This document shows positions 63,841 through 64,000 of a DNA stretch of 64,000 nt, one piece after another. Location of the stretch: positions 21,886,001 to 21,950,000 of the forward strand of contig OZ024743.1 in NCBI GenBank assembly GCA_964016885.1, read 5' to 3'. Position 1 is the stretch's first letter. Every line of letters starts with the position of its first letter. The translations under genes and the position numbers were made by a program. The notes beneath the pieces were generated by a model. It was not told where the DNA came from. It saw nothing but the letters and a program-made list of their open reading frames with translations, and made no database searches. Source of the DNA: Eledone cirrhosa. Lineage: Eukaryota.

Positions 63841-64000
63841 GATTTGGCTTTCCCTATTACTAAATTCATTTCTTAAAATTGATACCATCATGTTAATATT
63901 TTTAATTTAGTTATGCTATAATTAATACTCTACTACTGTTTAACTTCAAAATTCCGCTTTAAATATTATAAACCTAAGTAGTATACACCTTGGAAATTAA

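Overview
This is eukaryotic, AT-rich, repeat-saturated DNA. The huge (TA/CA/GA)n arrays and the SINE types suggest a coleoid cephalopod such as Octopus (inference). Only one host coding exon is supportable: 11864-12280 (-), the first coding exon of a type II membrane protein resembling molluscan TNF-superfamily ligands. The rest is transposon-derived: a near-full-length but dead Tc1 (DD34E, IR/DR ends), mariner and hAT relics and MITEs, stacked non-autonomous Helitrons, RTE/CRE/R4-type LINE fragments, many tRNA-derived SINEs and three Penelope-like GIY-YIG fragments. The most striking signal is a set of about nine short fold-back elements, nearly all embedded in (TA)n, with the layout (TA)n-palindrome-tail-(TA)n. 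Several carry type I hammerhead ribozymes with palindromic stem III in both arms, including U3-A8 and A6U core variants. Several fold back exactly at the hammerhead stem II position, and most share a tail motif ACTC-N11-32-GAGT(G/A)CT. Two Penelope 3' ends also carry hammerheads with a 105-114 nt stem II domain. Nearly all ORFs in the supplied track are microsatellite artefacts. Coordinates were read by eye, and edges of degenerate repeats are approximate.
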